DNA of 64,000 nucleotides from the human T2T-CHM13v2.0 reference genome, Homo sapiens (GCF_009914755.1 NC_060930.1); one strand, 5' to 3'; positions 27,638 to 41,676 are shown, counted from the first letter of the stretch. Translations and numbers: made by a program. The notes: generated by a model from the letters alone, not told the origin.

Positions 27638-29335
27638 TCTGGAATCTTCAGGAATGAGCCCAGCAAGGCCAGAGTTCATGGGGGAAAAATTTTCAACATA
27701 AACGTAAAAGAGTGACTAAATCAATCAAGGGTAAGAAGTGAAGATTCAAGTACAAAGCAGAGGGCAGCAAACCAGGTACAAAGGAATCTGTCACCTATGC
27801 AGTGAGCATAACCCAACAGGTAGTTTCTCAAATCAGAGACCCAACCAGTAACCAAGGTAAAAGAGGGACTAAATCAATCAACGAAAAAAAAGTCAAGATG
27901 CAAGTTCAAGGCAGAGGTCAGGAAACGGAACTCCACATGGACACAGAATGGTCTACTCATGGCGCAGCCAAGGGGAGGGGCAGGCAGCCGTCAGGGAAAA
28001 GTACTCAAAAAGGCAACACTTACCGAATGACTGAAATTTGGAGTCATGGATTTCAGCAGGGATTTGCAGTGAAAGAAACAGGCATATAGAGACTAAGTTC
28101 CCAATAAACGTTACAATTCATCCTTTCACTCTCCTCTTGAAATGGGATGTATTGTGAATGTATTGAGCTAAATTATCCTGCATGGCTTTGGCCAGCTATC
28201 CCATTCTCTGGTGAGTGTTTATTTTCAAAGAGTTAGATGAGTGAAGAGCGGAGAATGGTAATGTAACCAATCTGATGCCTTGTTAGAAAATCTTCCCTCA
28301 TGATACCAGAATGCTTTGGTGTGAAAGACTGGTTCCTGCTGGAATAGTTTCTTTTTTAAGACTAATGCACAAAAATGCATATTCTGCCTATGTTTCTTCC
28401 CATGATGTGTATTCATTTAGTGCGTAAGGAATTATTTCTTTTCTTCCTTGTTCGCCTCAGTCCTAGTGCCCAGCTCAGTATCTTGCATTTGCTGCTAGTT
28501 GATGACACTGAATTTGCAGCAAAATGAAATAGACCTTCTTCAATTGGTCTGGTCTGTTTGTCACTGAGTATATGTGTCATTGCTGTGACAGTAACCTGGC
28601 TGATGAATGAAATTTACTGGACTATGAACAGTAATAAGATATTCCTGAAGCCCTGGTTTCTCACTTTGCTATCTTAAACCAAAGCTATTAAACTCTTCAA
28701 ATAAGCATGCTTTATTCAGTAATTCATAGACTTCAATTAAATTTGGAGCAGCAGAGAACTCTGAACATTCCCATTGATGCCACAGTGGTATGGCCAGAGC
28801 TAGGCTCAACTGCTCCAAAATCGTCAGCCAAATACCTCAGTCTCCCAAGCCAAAATTTGACATAGACTATGCTTCTCCGGCCTTATTTCATTACTCAAAA
28901 TAAGATGATTGAAAAATGTATGAAGCTTACAGTAGAATACTAGTGGGCACAAGAGAGGAGATGTAAATATTCAGGTAAAACTCAATAAGTTCAGAAAAAG
29001 ATTTTCAGCAGATGCAAATTAATTGGAAAAAATGTCAGATGATAAATCTTTGCTTTACCACTTTGCAGTCTGGGTTTGACAAGGACATAATCTCTAAAAA
29101 GGAAGGATTTTCAAAAGAATCAACAGAACATTAAAGGTATAGAGAATTCAGACACTAATTCAATCATACATAATCTTATCTAACAGTTAATACACTTTCT
29201 AAGATGACGTACCAGTTGGAGGATAAGATGCAAAGGATGAAAAAGATAAAAGTAGATTTAATGCAATGTTTTACAGGTAAAACATTGGTTTTGGTTTGAA
29301 TAACGACCTTTTACTCTTACCACTTTGGACAACAT

Positions 29336-30031
29336 AGGAGGCAGAATTCTATGATAATCCCCAAAATTCCAGCCCCCTAATATACATGTCCTATGTAAGT
29401 AACCCTCTCGCCTTGAGTGCAGGTGGCACCTGTAAAAATGATCAGATATCCTCCTATTAGGAGGTTATATTAAATACCAAAGATAAAGGATTTTTGTAGA
29501 TGTGCAAAAGGTCAGAAATCGGTTGATTTTGAATTAATCCAAAAGGAGATACCCTGGGTCGGCCTGACCCAATCAGAGAAGCTCCCATAGAAAAACAGTC
29601 CAGATCTTGTGGAAACGAAGATATGGAGATAGAGCTTCCGACCGCTTTGAAGATGTGAACTATCATGCTGAGAGTCCCACGTGTCAGGGCATTGCAGGAG
29701 CCTCAAGGAGCTGAAAGCAACCATGGCTGACAGCCAGCAAGAAAGCTAGGACTTCAGTCCTACAACTTCAGGGAATGAATTCTGCCAACAATCATGTCAG
29801 TGTGAAAAATGAATCCCAAACTGCAGAAAGGAACATGGCCCAATTAATGCGTTGATCCATCCTTGTGAGACCCTGAGTGGAGGATGCAGTTAAGCACTGC
29901 TCACAATGTCTGCGGGTCAGACCTGAGGAAATGCGGGACCTGACTCACAGAAATTGTGAGATCATAAATGGGTGTCGTTTAAAGCCACTGCACTAGTAGT
30001 AATTTATTACACAGCAAAAAATGACTAATAC
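29336..30031 (+). mobile_element. MaLR solo LTR (MLT1E-like)
   Basis: 'ggcagaattct...ccttgagtg...gacagccagcaagaaa...gaattctgccaacaa...cacagaaattgtgagat...acagcaa...actaata'. Confidence 0.85.
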
Positions 30032-30062
30032 GTGTGGCTGGTTTACTTCACCTCACTGTTAG

Positions 30063-30531
30063 TTTTCTTTTTTTTAATTTTATTTTATTATTATTATACT
30101 TTAAGTTTTAGGGTACATGTGCACAATGTGCAGGTTAGTTACATATGTCATATGTATACATGTGCCATGCTGGTGTGCTGCACCCATTAACTCATCATTT
30201 AGCATTAGGTATTTCTCCTAATGCTATCCCTCCCCCCTCCCCCCACCGCACAATAGTCCCCAGAGTGTGATGTTCCCCTTCCTGCGTCCATGTGATCTCA
30301 TTGTTCAATTCCCACCTATGAGTGAGAACATGCGGTGTTTGGTTTTTTGTCCTTGCGATAGTTTACTGAGAATGATGATTTCCAATTTCATACATGTCCC
30401 TACAAAGGACATGAACTCATCATTTTTTATGGCTGCACAGTATTCCATGGTGTATATGTGCCACATTTTCTTAATCCAGTCTATCATTGTTGGACATTTG
30501 GGTTGGTTCCAAGTCTTTGATATTGTGAATA
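30063..30531 (-). mobile_element. Young L1PA (about L1PA2-3) 3' end, ~470 bp
   Basis: 'ttattatactttaagttttagggtacatgtgcaca...caggttagttacatatg'. ORF 30305-30598 carries the ORF2 C-terminus (...HRMFSLIGGN). Confidence 0.95.
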
Positions 30532-30842
30532 GAAGACCATAATAGGAGGGCACTTTAAGAATTTCATGTGATTGACACTCTTGGCATGTAGCTAGCATGT
30601 AATAAAAGCTCAGTAGAGGCAGTTAATCATAATAATAGTGCTGCTAATAGCACTATTAGTAGCAGCAGTATAAACTGCAGTAATTGTGACAGGCTGGAAC
30701 TCCTAGATATGCTTGTAAACAAAATTAAAAATTGGGATGAAGAATTCTACAGGCTGGTATTTGACTAAATTAAATCAATGCTTGATTAAATCTATTGACA
30801 TCTATACGTATGTGTATATTGGCTTATTCCAAATAGACACGT

Positions 30843-30844
<2 letters not shown>

Positions 30845-30892
<48 letters not shown>
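30845..30892 (+). repeat. (CA)24 microsatellite
   Basis: Uninterrupted CA run. Confidence 0.97.
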
Positions 30893-30893
<1 letters not shown>

Positions 30894-31424
30894 CATAATG
30901 CTCCAGAAACAGCACAGTATACCTTTCTACAAATACACTACACATTTTCCTACCTTTGTATCTCTTTCTTATGTCCTGGTTTTTCCCCCTGAAATGTCAT
31001 TCCCACAGCTCTACCTGTAAAATTTGTTGACTTTTCATTGCCTACCTAGGATATTGTGTATTAACAATGTTCCAAGAGCTGTTGTTGTCGTTTTGTAATA
31101 TGAGATAGGAATCATATGAGATAAATATTACTATTATTCCAATGTATCCCTTTTTAAAGGACAGGGAATGAAGGACTACAAAGACTGATTTGGCTGTGTT
31201 CGTGGTGTGGTGTCAGCATCTGAAATTAGTCACTCAAGCTCCTGGTTGTGCCTTCCACCACCACAATAAGCTTTGAGTCGATGGCCCCTCATAGATACTC
31301 CTCCATACCCCAAAAAGATTTTTTTTTTCCTTTTCTTATCTCTTAACGATATTTTATTTGACTTAGTAGGGTTTAAGCTAAGACCAAGCTGAGCTATATT
31401 TGGCATATAGATACACTGAGTTTA

Positions 31425-31755
31425 CAGAACTGCCTAACAATGTTCTGGTCAACAATGGACTGCATATACAGTGGTAGTTTTATAACATTACAATACGGTA
31501 TTTTTACTGTACTTTTTCTATGTTTAGATACACAAAAACTTGCCAATGTCTTATAATTTCCTGTAGTATTCAGTCCATTCACGTGCTGTACAGGTTTGCA
31601 GCCTAAGAGCAACAGCTGTACCATGTAGCCTAGGTGTGTGCGAGGCTATACCATGCAGGTCTGTGTAAGTCCACTCCATGATGTTCACACAATGCCAAGA
31701 TCACCTAACGGTGGACTACTCAGAATGCATCCCCCTCAAAAAGTGACCCAAGACT
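31425..31755 (-). mobile_element. Tigger3a-like DNA transposon
   Basis: Reverse-complement similarity to 19876-20274 ('gctgtacaggtttgcagcctaagagcaa...tagcctaggtgtg'). Confidence 0.8.
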
Positions 31756-32199
31756 GAATTTACATCCACTAATGTGCATGTGGGGAAGGACAAGTTGGAG
31801 AAAAAGCTTGATGCGTGCCGTCATTTATACTTTCCCAGTTGGAGGAGAGAAGCCAATCAAAGGGAATTAACAGAGAGGCTGCAGGCCTTCTGGAAGGAAT
31901 CTATCTTGAGGGAAGTAGGCCTGGGGAATTGGATGCTGCTGCATCCTCTTTCTGGGCACGGACCCACCCTGACCCAGCCACTCTAGTATTATACGCCCTA
32001 GGGAGAAAATCATGGCAAAAAATTAAGGTTGTTGCTGCAATCCCCAGGGCCCAAGCCATCTTGCTCTGAGCTGCTATAAGAGTTTTACACAGTGCAAAGC
32101 CATTTGCTGATCAAATTTTATAAAAAACCATACTCATCTGAGATGCCCTGGGTTAGTGGTACCCGAAACTCCTGGTGTTCTTGGGAGAGACAGGCCTGT

Positions 32200-32626
32200 T
32201 GTCTTGGTTCATTTTCTGTGGTTATAACAGTATACCTGAGACTGGGTAATTTATCAAGAAAACATTTATGTAGCTCACAGTTCTTGAGGCTGGGAAGTCC
32301 AAGATTGGGCAGCCCTGTCTGGGCTGCATCATAACATGGTAGACAGCAACACGTGGTGAGAGCACATCTATGAGTGAGCAGGTGCAAAAGACAAAACACA
32401 AAGAGTGACCGAACTTTATAACAACCTGCTCTCATAGTAACTAATACAGTCCCTCAAAAGTAAGAACCCACTCTTGTCAGATGGCATTAATCCATCCATG
32501 ACTGTAAATACCTTATGACCCAAGCACCTCCCGAAGTTCCCACCACCTTTAAACCAACACACCTACATTGGTGACCAAGACTCAACAGGAGCTTCTGTGA
32601 GAAGAAACCATATTCAAACCATAGCA
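32200..32626 (-). mobile_element. MaLR solo LTR (MST-family)
   Basis: tgtcttggttcatttt...attcaaaccatagca with TG..CA ends and a 5-bp TSD cctgt on both sides. Confidence 0.88.
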
Positions 32627-33117
32627 CCTGTTGAACTTGAGAAATTCAGGCTTACACGTTATTGTGGTCTATTTTTAAAGCTGAGAGATCGGGATACCTT
32701 CTTTCATCTCTTTGGTATCTTCAGAAGTTTGAAAAGTATTTCTAAGTTAATGTAACCTTCTTTTTCATACTAACCTGACACTGATGTGGCCAAAGAGACC
32801 TGGAGAACCTGAGATCTCTGCTGTGCACATCTCCCCAACACTATGCACCTTGGAGCTCCTCATCTCTGCACCCTCCATGGAGCCAACTCCAATGCTGAAC
32901 ACACAGCAGAGGCTTAATAAATGTGCTTTGACCAAAGATTTTGTTGTATCAACCCACAGTAACAAAACTGACAGTAGATGTAGCTGATGTGTTTAACTTC
33001 AGAAAACATATATGGGGAAATCTCATATAAAAGGACAATGTGGATTTACCTGGGAAATAGTTATTAACTAATGTAAACTGCTGGCTACAGGAAATAACTG
33101 CTGTTAATGTAGGGCTG

Positions 33118-33291
33118 TATATATATATATATATACTTTTGTTATATATTTATACTTCTATTATTTTATTATTTTATTTCCTAAACATATATGTTTAGGA
33201 AACCATATGTATATACAAATGGAAAGAGTTGGAAGCAATGATCCCCCAGGGGAATCTATTGCATACAGGTAGGGAGAAGGCATCAATAAGT

Positions 33292-33325
<34 letters not shown>

Positions 33326-33515
33326 TTAGATCAAACTGGGCAGGTTAGAAAGAACTTAAGGAGAAAGAGTCAGTGCTTACCCTAAGAAAGAAAAGACTCA
33401 TAAAAAAAGAGAGACTGAGAAAAGCAGAAAAATAAAAATCAGGGCTATGCGCTTTGAGACAGACAGGCAGACAAGACAGAGGCAGAGACAGATACAGAGA
33501 GAGAGACAGAGACAC
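33118..33515. repeat. Low-complexity cluster: (TA)9, 26-bp palindrome, (AAT)~9, GA/GACA-rich tract
   Basis: Seen directly at 33118-33135, 33177-33202, ~33294-33320 and ~33400-33515. Confidence 0.85.
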
Positions 33516-33750
33516 GCAGGCACCAGAAAGGAGAGAGTGCTCCCCTCCAAGGCTGCGCTGCACCCCTTCCTGGGTGCTGTGGATAGGGGCCCTAGGGCTC
33601 CTCCTTCCACAATGGCACTGTAATGGGAAAGGCCCACAACAAGCATGAAACCAGTCCTCACGAGCAGAGCCATGTGGGTCAAATTACTGCAATTTGGGAG
33701 AAATTCTGCAAAGACATTTGGGAGGGATTTGTGCAGGAGGAACACCAAGA

Positions 33751-34003
<253 letters not shown>

Positions 34004-36244
34004 AAGACTCCATGAGTATAACAAGATTAACTTGAGCCTAAGAATTCCTAGGCATGGGCAGCTCGCTGCTTCAGCCACTGGCTCAGGCCAAATCAGTTCT
34101 TCAAAATCAGTCATGGCTCCAGTCCCCTCCTTGGTATATGCTGCTACTTATGAGGAAATCCTAATCCTGAGCACAGAAGTTCATTCTCTTGCTGCGCTAA
34201 TGATCCGGCCAGAAAGTGCTGACAGCCAGCTGGCTGCCTGGCTGGCTCTCCTGCAAATGCACAGTCTTCTTGTCATACAGCAGGAGGAGCACAATGGATA
34301 ACCAGTGTATATATCTACATTTAACTTTATGTAACTATCCTAGTATACGTATGGGACTTGCATACAGTCTTCCGCATATGTACATCTTTACGTAGTTGGT
34401 ATGATTTCTCTGTAATAAAGTCCAAATTTTAGTGTGTGTGTTAATTCTCTTAACATCCACACCCTTTACTCATTGACTATTGCATTCATTTTTAGCTATG
34501 CAACACTTTGAAAATAAGGGTTTTTTTCCCCCACCTTAATGTAATAAACCAAACCACTGCAAATTTTATCTTGCTTTTCATTATCTGGAATAATTTAGCT
34601 ACTTTTTTTTTCTCTCTCTACCATTTATATCTATATCCATTAGAACACAGTTCCTGAAAATCATGGTTTTTGAAAACCCAAAACATATCCAATTATAGTT
34701 TAAATGTAAGAGACTCTCTCAATGATCAATAAATCTGACACCCACAAACACTTGTTTTACTTTAGAAATGGCGCAAATATGTGAGTCCCAAATTATGAAA
34801 TTATGGTGTTGATTTTCACTTTGTGCTTGACCTCTACCTGAAGGTACAAAGCTGAGGTCTAATTTGACATTAATTAATCTTACTCTCTTCCCCTCACTCT
34901 TAAACTTGAAAAACATAGTAGGGAAAAATGCACTAGCCTTCTACCATTCTTATGCCCTATGTGACATAAAAACAAAAGTGAAGTTAGCTACTTAGTCAAA
35001 GCTGGCAAATGCATTCTCACCATCCCTAGTGTCCATACAGAAAACGTGCATGCCTTCTGGACAGAAAACACTAAGGTTGTGTTCCTCTATTGAAATTTGG
35101 GGGAAATCCAAAAAGATGGACAAAGGATGTTGTATTTTAAAAACCAGTAGTTCCATTAAAAAAAAAAAAAACTTAACTACTTAGTGACCTGAGTGACATC
35201 AATGTGTTCTTGTGAGGGCTATTTTCTCATGTTTGGTGGTGAATGTGCAGACACAATGTTTATCGTAGAGAGAATTCTCCAAATAGAAGGTGTAGAAACC
35301 TCACTACGCTGAGCTCATTCAAGGACCTGGGCATAAAGCAAATTACAAGAGGGATTGAACCACGTAATAAGAGAGAAGCCTTTAGTCTTTATTTCTACTG
35401 AAGCAGGTATGCTTTAGAGAGACGTGTTTCAACTGAAATGCACAAACCACAAAATCACTAAATTCAAAATTCAAAAGAGAAATTCATCATAAGGGCTGTG
35501 GAATTGGCTTCTTAGAGTATATTTTGTGGAAAATAGAAATCTGGAGCACTACATTTTAGATGCAAAGCATAAGTGGGTCCCCGATGTTACAGTTGGTCAA
35601 CCACACGTACAGACAGGGACTAGAGACTCTTCTCTCCACCTTCAAAAATGACAAATATTGGTAATGAGAGTCCCAGAACTAATCCTTTCCTGTATAAATG
35701 TGAATGCTCATTTAAAATTTGAAAAATAAAGTTATGATTCATTAAAATGAAAAACAAGAAATTTAGGGGAAAAAGTTCTTAGTCCATTGATCACTCATCT
35801 CACTTTGCTGAAAGATCGTTAAATGGTTTGAAATTAATGTCTGATAAATATGTGAGCTTATTGAAGTTATAAATATCTTCAAACAGCTATTCAAAGCTTA
35901 TTAAAAATCTTCACTTTAATGAGGCGAAAACATGAAAATTGACTCTACCTAATGCCTAGCAGAGTCCAATATTGCACTTTACATATTGGTTTACAAACAT
36001 TATTTCCAGGTGTCTTTAAATAGAGCTCCAATCTTGCACTGTTCTGATTTTTCAAAATCCTTCCAGATATTTGGACTCAAGTACCATCACTAAGAATAGA
36101 ACCCACAGTAACATCAGCCTAGCCACAAGCTTCCACATGCACCACCAGTAGCTGCTGCTTTGCGGTGTTGTATGCTGGATCTTTTGTACACCTCTAAATG
36201 ATGGAAGGTACCACAGCGCAATCTATGGGACCACTTCTGTTTTC

Positions 36245-37250
36245 TATCCAAACTCGCTGCTCAAGTGATCTTCTCAGTCCTATGGCTTACGTATCTACCC
36301 TTTGCTTTTTGCTAAATTTATGTTTCCAGCTTTGAGCTGCAGATTTGTACAGCAAATTGTCTCCCTGACTCATCTGCCTTGCCATCTCTAAATTACTATG
36401 CCCAAATTAGAATCCCTGATTGTTCTTCAACAAAACCTGCTTCTGCCTAGTCTCCCCCATCCCAACAAAAACACCCCCAGTCACCCAGGTGTTCAAGTAA
36501 CTGTGATTCATCCTTAATTTCTCTATTTCCATCATATTCAGCTTCTAATCCATCAACAGATACTGTAGGTTTTATCATCAAGATCACTCCAGAATGAGAC
36601 CACCTCTCACCACCTTCAGAATGACACAAGCGTCACCCACGCAAGCACCTGCTCTTACCTGGAATCCATTACCTGCATCCATTTCAGCCTGCCTGAGCCA
36701 TTTCTCCAACAGAGGCTGGGCTTTTCTTTTAGAAACATGAATTAGAGCCCATTATTCCTTTGCTCAGCACCTGCTGATGGCTACCTATGCATATTCTTTA
36801 CACACATCTGCCCCTGCCCCTCTCCCAGATCACCAGTTCATTCCCAGATCCAGCCACTCTACATCTACATACACCAAACTCAATATCTGCCCTCGGCCTT
36901 GGCACTTGCCATTCCCTCTTCCTTTCCACTGTTCCTCTCAACATTGCACAGCTAGTTCCCTCAATCTATCCAGCACTCGACTTAGAGAAGCCTTTCAGAA
37001 ATAGTCTGTTTTTGTACAAACGACCAATACCTGTATCCTTTCGATCTGTTTGACATTTCTGTATGGACTCATAACTAGCTCAAATTATATAGCAAATTAA
37101 TTTAATTACTTGCTTACTGGCCATCTTTCCCACTATAAGGTCAGCTCCATGAGGCTAGGAATCCTGTCTGTTGTTTTCACCATTACATCTGAGTACTTAG
37201 AACCACTCCGCCACAGAGCCTGCACTCCGTAAACTTTCCTTTATTGAAGG
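36245..37250 (+). mobile_element. L2 (L2a-like) LINE 3' region, ~1 kb
   Basis: 'aaacctgcttc...cacccaggtgttcaag...aatccatcaaca...ccagaatgagaccacctctcacc...cagctccatgaggctaggaat...tacttagaac'. Confidence 0.8.
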
Positions 37251-40200
37251 AAACATAATTGAATGTGCATCCCTTTTCACAGCCTGGGTACCAGACAATT
37301 CTTATATTCTATTATTGTAAAGGTAAACTGAAGTGCAAATAAACATAACTTTGAATAGCAAGGTTGTAGGTTGAAATCAAGTAGTCATTACATATGTATA
37401 TATGCATGAGCATATCTTACTGAAGCAATTTTTATATTATTGGCCTATATGGAGCCAGTGAATACTCAAATTAACTGTAAGTGTGTCTATCTGTTGGCAT
37501 GAGCCAAGAAGTATGACAACAGTGACGGTTCACAGAGCAGGATGTAGCTGGCTGCATTTGCTGTATACCAAGCCAGCTCCTTGGCTAGAAGCAAGTGGGA
37601 AGAAGCACACCCTCTTTGAAATAATCCTGCAAGAGGCAAGCTGGGCTTGAAGTCTGGGAGGATCCAGGGGAAGAGTGAAGAGGAAGGCACTCAGCTGATA
37701 ACCAACTTCCTCACTTGCTCCACTTATATTTAGTGATTGCTCTGATCACAATTTGAATAATGCTCACCAGAGACTGTTAGTCAGAACAATGTGTCCCCTA
37801 GGACTGATCTACTGACTTCAATTTCATGTTCTAATACAGAACAGCATACATAACTTGAAGATAGGAATCTACACAACTGTGAACAATAGAGGAGGGTCAC
37901 AGAAATCTAATAACAGCCTGGAGAGAATCCCATTCTTGCTTTGCTGTCATGCCAATGAATTGCATTCTACAAGAAACTCTGTTAATTGACTGCTCCTATC
38001 TTGCACCAGGCAAACCAAGTCACAGTGAAGAGAAGGTATCCATGGCTCTTTAAAGCAGTACTTTATAAAAATTCTATGCATGCCCATCTGAAAATAACTT
38101 AAAATCTCTGTTGTAGCTTTCTGATCTTCTTTCTATCTCATAAAAAATATTTCAAAGTAACATCGTGGGTTCAGACACCTGTCTCCCCAATGTGATGTAA
38201 ATTCATTGGACTGATGGTTCCTGTAGGACAAATGCTGGAGGTGCTGAAGGCATTCCATAGATAGCTTATCAGCTTTCTCAGAAATTAAGAGGAAATTCGC
38301 TCCTCACTGGAAACCTCAGATAAATATGCCTCCCTCTCTCTCTCCTTTTCCTTTCTCCCTCTCCTTCTCTCTCTCCTCTAAACTCAGTTAGTTTCCAAAG
38401 AAAATATTTCAGAGAGCTGAGAGATCCTCCCTAATACAGAAGCCAACCCTCCTGATCACCCTCCATGTAAACTGAAATACTAACATTTCTCAATGTTTAT
38501 AAAGAAAATTTACTTTCTGAAAGGGAAAACCAAATTTATTGTCCCAGTGTTATAAATAGTGTTTGTAATTACAAATTGATTTCAGAGAATGTGAAGTTCA
38601 GTTATGCCTAAATAGATAAGCATACTTTTTAAATGGGTAAGAAGTCATTGGGAAAAAATTTAACAGTGGTGTTCCCTAACTCCCCAAAATCTCTTCAGAT
38701 GAGGAACTGCATTTTATTTATACTGAGAACTGCAACAAAGTGATAAGGTGTGAGAGGGAATCCTGGAAAGACAGAGCAGACAGTATCAGCTGCCTGCTGG
38801 ATCTGTATCTAGGACAGTGAAATATCACAATTTGATCATTTGGGAAAATAACAGCCATACACATAGCACGGTCCTAGGAAAATCATACTTGTGTGGTAAT
38901 CCCATTCAATAGGTTAATACCGAATATGCCGAGGTTTTGGTATTGTGAAATTAGAGAGTTACCTATTCATTCCCAAATCAGGAAGCCTAATTTAACCACC
39001 TGATCCGCTGTCCCAAATGATTAACTACATCCCAGAGAGAGAAAAATATATATGAATTAAACAAGGCAATCTCTCCCAGAGAAGACAGAAGGAAAACTAA
39101 GGAAATGCAGTGCTCTGTAATTTCTCTGGCCCCACCTCACTAATAAGGGCCTGGCTGGGTTAAGGCTGCTGTGTCCACAGTATCATAGTGTCATCACCTG
39201 TCACCTAGAGATGGGGGTCTGTCACTGTGACCACTTCCATACCCCTTAACCTCTCAGGGAGGTTAATTTCACAGCCCTTGGAAAGCCAATTTCTAACATA
39301 GTGTCAGAATAAGGTATCACTTTCCCAGAACAGGGAGAGAGGCTTTATCTCAAGATTATGCGAAACGAGGGGTATGTAGGGTATGAGCAGCCACATAGGG
39401 ATTTGGCTAGCCTGACAATTTCTGCATCTCCTGACTCCTATTTTCTGAGCCTAGCTCACGGCACTGTTGCTGACCTGCAGTGCCTGTTGAAGGCTATGTG
39501 CTCAGGGCCTTTGCAGCTCCCCTCCCATGCCTGGCTACTGTCCCCTTCTTCTGCAGGGGCTGCCTTCCTTTCCTTTGCAGGGGTAAAAGGATGATGACCA
39601 GGAGAAAGGCGACCTTTCCTCCTCACTCCCCAACTCCTGGGGGTTCATCCCCATCTTCCTCACTAAATATAGCTCAGTTTATCAAATGGCCAGTTGAATG
39701 TCAGGGAAAATGGACCCTTTTCCTCAGAAGTGGTGGATTAATTGCTTTTCCTTTCACTTTTCTGAGGATAGGCATATAATGGAGCAGCCGCTTGGTATAA
39801 AATCATTGATTTGCCTCAAGGTTGAGATTAAGCCAGTCACTTCAAACATTTTAATATTAGCAAAAGGCTTTGTGTGATTTTTTCTTCTCTCTGCTGTGAC
39901 TTTATTCAAGGTCTTTAGATCACAGGGGCTTTGACAAGTTTGTCAGTGATCAGGGGCTGCCTTAATCAAGTAAGAAAAAAAATCCCGCCAAGACCTCCTA
40001 TGCATTTATATGTTACAGGACTGTTTAATGCCAGTATCTGCACAAAGCGTGGTGTGTAAACTACAGGCTTTAGAGGATATTAATTAATACAGATTGGAGA
40101 ATTTCTGATGCAGCTCATTAACAGAGATCAATATTTAAAACTTATGTTTGGGTAAAAAAAAAAGTCATGGTAAATAATTGAGTAAAAGAGGAAATACACA

Positions 40201-40889
40201 CCAGCATAAAAGTGTGTTTATTTATTTTGCACAAATATCACCATGAGCACTAATGAACAACTATATTTCCTTACAGTAAAATAATACCACATGGAGACTT
40301 CTAAAAGAAACCCATTGATAGAGTCCTATAGTCACCCTTGTGTACAAAAAGTCATGTGAATACTGCAAAAAGAGGCACATCTTGTCATTTCAATATTAAC
40401 TCTCCAAGAGGTTTTTAAAACATCTCCAATATCTATATGTAAAGGTTATTCATTAATATTGGCTATTATTTGGATGTGAATCCTAGAAAAAATATAGACA
40501 TTTTTAAAGCAAAGCATATGCAAGTATTTCTATATAATACATTAACGAATGTATTGACTGAAAATACACCAAGATAATGCATATCTCGTAATTCAGATTG
40601 AAGGAACTTATTCTAAGGAAATGCTATACAAATATGCACGTACAAGATGTTCACTGATGCAGTGTCACAAATGCAAAAACCTGGATTAAAAACTAATAGC
40701 CTCAGTTATGTTAATGGAAAGTGAAATACTGTGAAGCCATTAAAATGACTCTAATATCTGAGGAGAAAAAACCTCCTCCTCATTTTATAGACAAAGATGG
40801 TCAATTAAAAAATAATTAACGAAAAAATTTTCCACTTTTGGGGAAGCCATTTTATTGAATACACTCACTTATTTAAACATTCAAGAAAT

Positions 40890-41233
40890 ACTGGACGTGT
40901 CCGCCAGATTTCATGTGGTTAGAAACTTCATCCCCAAGCTCATATATTAATTTTAAGTGGGGCATTTGGGAGGTAACTAGGATTAGATGAGGTCATCGCA
41001 GAGGGGACACCCTGATAGGACTGGTGGTTTCATAGGAAGAGAAGGAGATACGAATGGACATGCATGCTCTTGTCCTCTAACCATGTGAGGCAGCAAGAAG
41101 GCCCTCACCAGATGCCGGTGGCATGCTCTTGGACTTTCCAGCTTCTAGAAGCATGAGCCCAATAAACTTATTTTATTAACAGATTATCCAGACTGTGGTA
41201 TTCTATTATAGCAACAGAAAATGGACTAAGACA
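40890..41233 (+). mobile_element. MaLR solo LTR (MST-family)
   Basis: 'gcagcaagaaggccctcaccagatgcc...cttggactttccagc...tatagcaacagaaaatggactaagaca'. Confidence 0.85.
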
Positions 41234-41676
41234 TATACTGAAGAGTTGATGACAAAAATAAATATGTGATTTTGACACGTTCTATGAGGAAAAGAAAAAG
41301 ATGCAGCTCAGAATCATAGTATTGAACCTAACATAGGATGGGGGAAAAAAGCAGAGAATGTGTTGTTAGGATACTATGGGAAAGTGAGAACAGGTACACG
41401 ACAATTTGCAACTAAGAATGTTTTGGACTCAGAGGGAGAATGCCCCTGGCATCATGTCAAGGCTGGGCCACACTGAGTTGGGGCAGAGGTGGGGAGACAG
41501 AACTGAGGAAAAGTGGAGCCAGGCCCCAGTGAGCGGGCTTTAGGATTCTGAATTTTGATTTATTTCAGTTCAGTTTATATACTAAAAGGTTTGATTCAGT
41601 TGGTTCATTGAAAAGATTTACCAGAGAAGAAATGACACAAGTCATATGTTTTAATTTAGTTATATAACATAATATA

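Noticed and set aside
29895-29950. Possible small templated insert in the MLT1E-like LTR (tgcggg and gacctga each repeated)
   Set aside because: The matches are only 6-7 bp, and I cannot recall the consensus precisely enough to call it.
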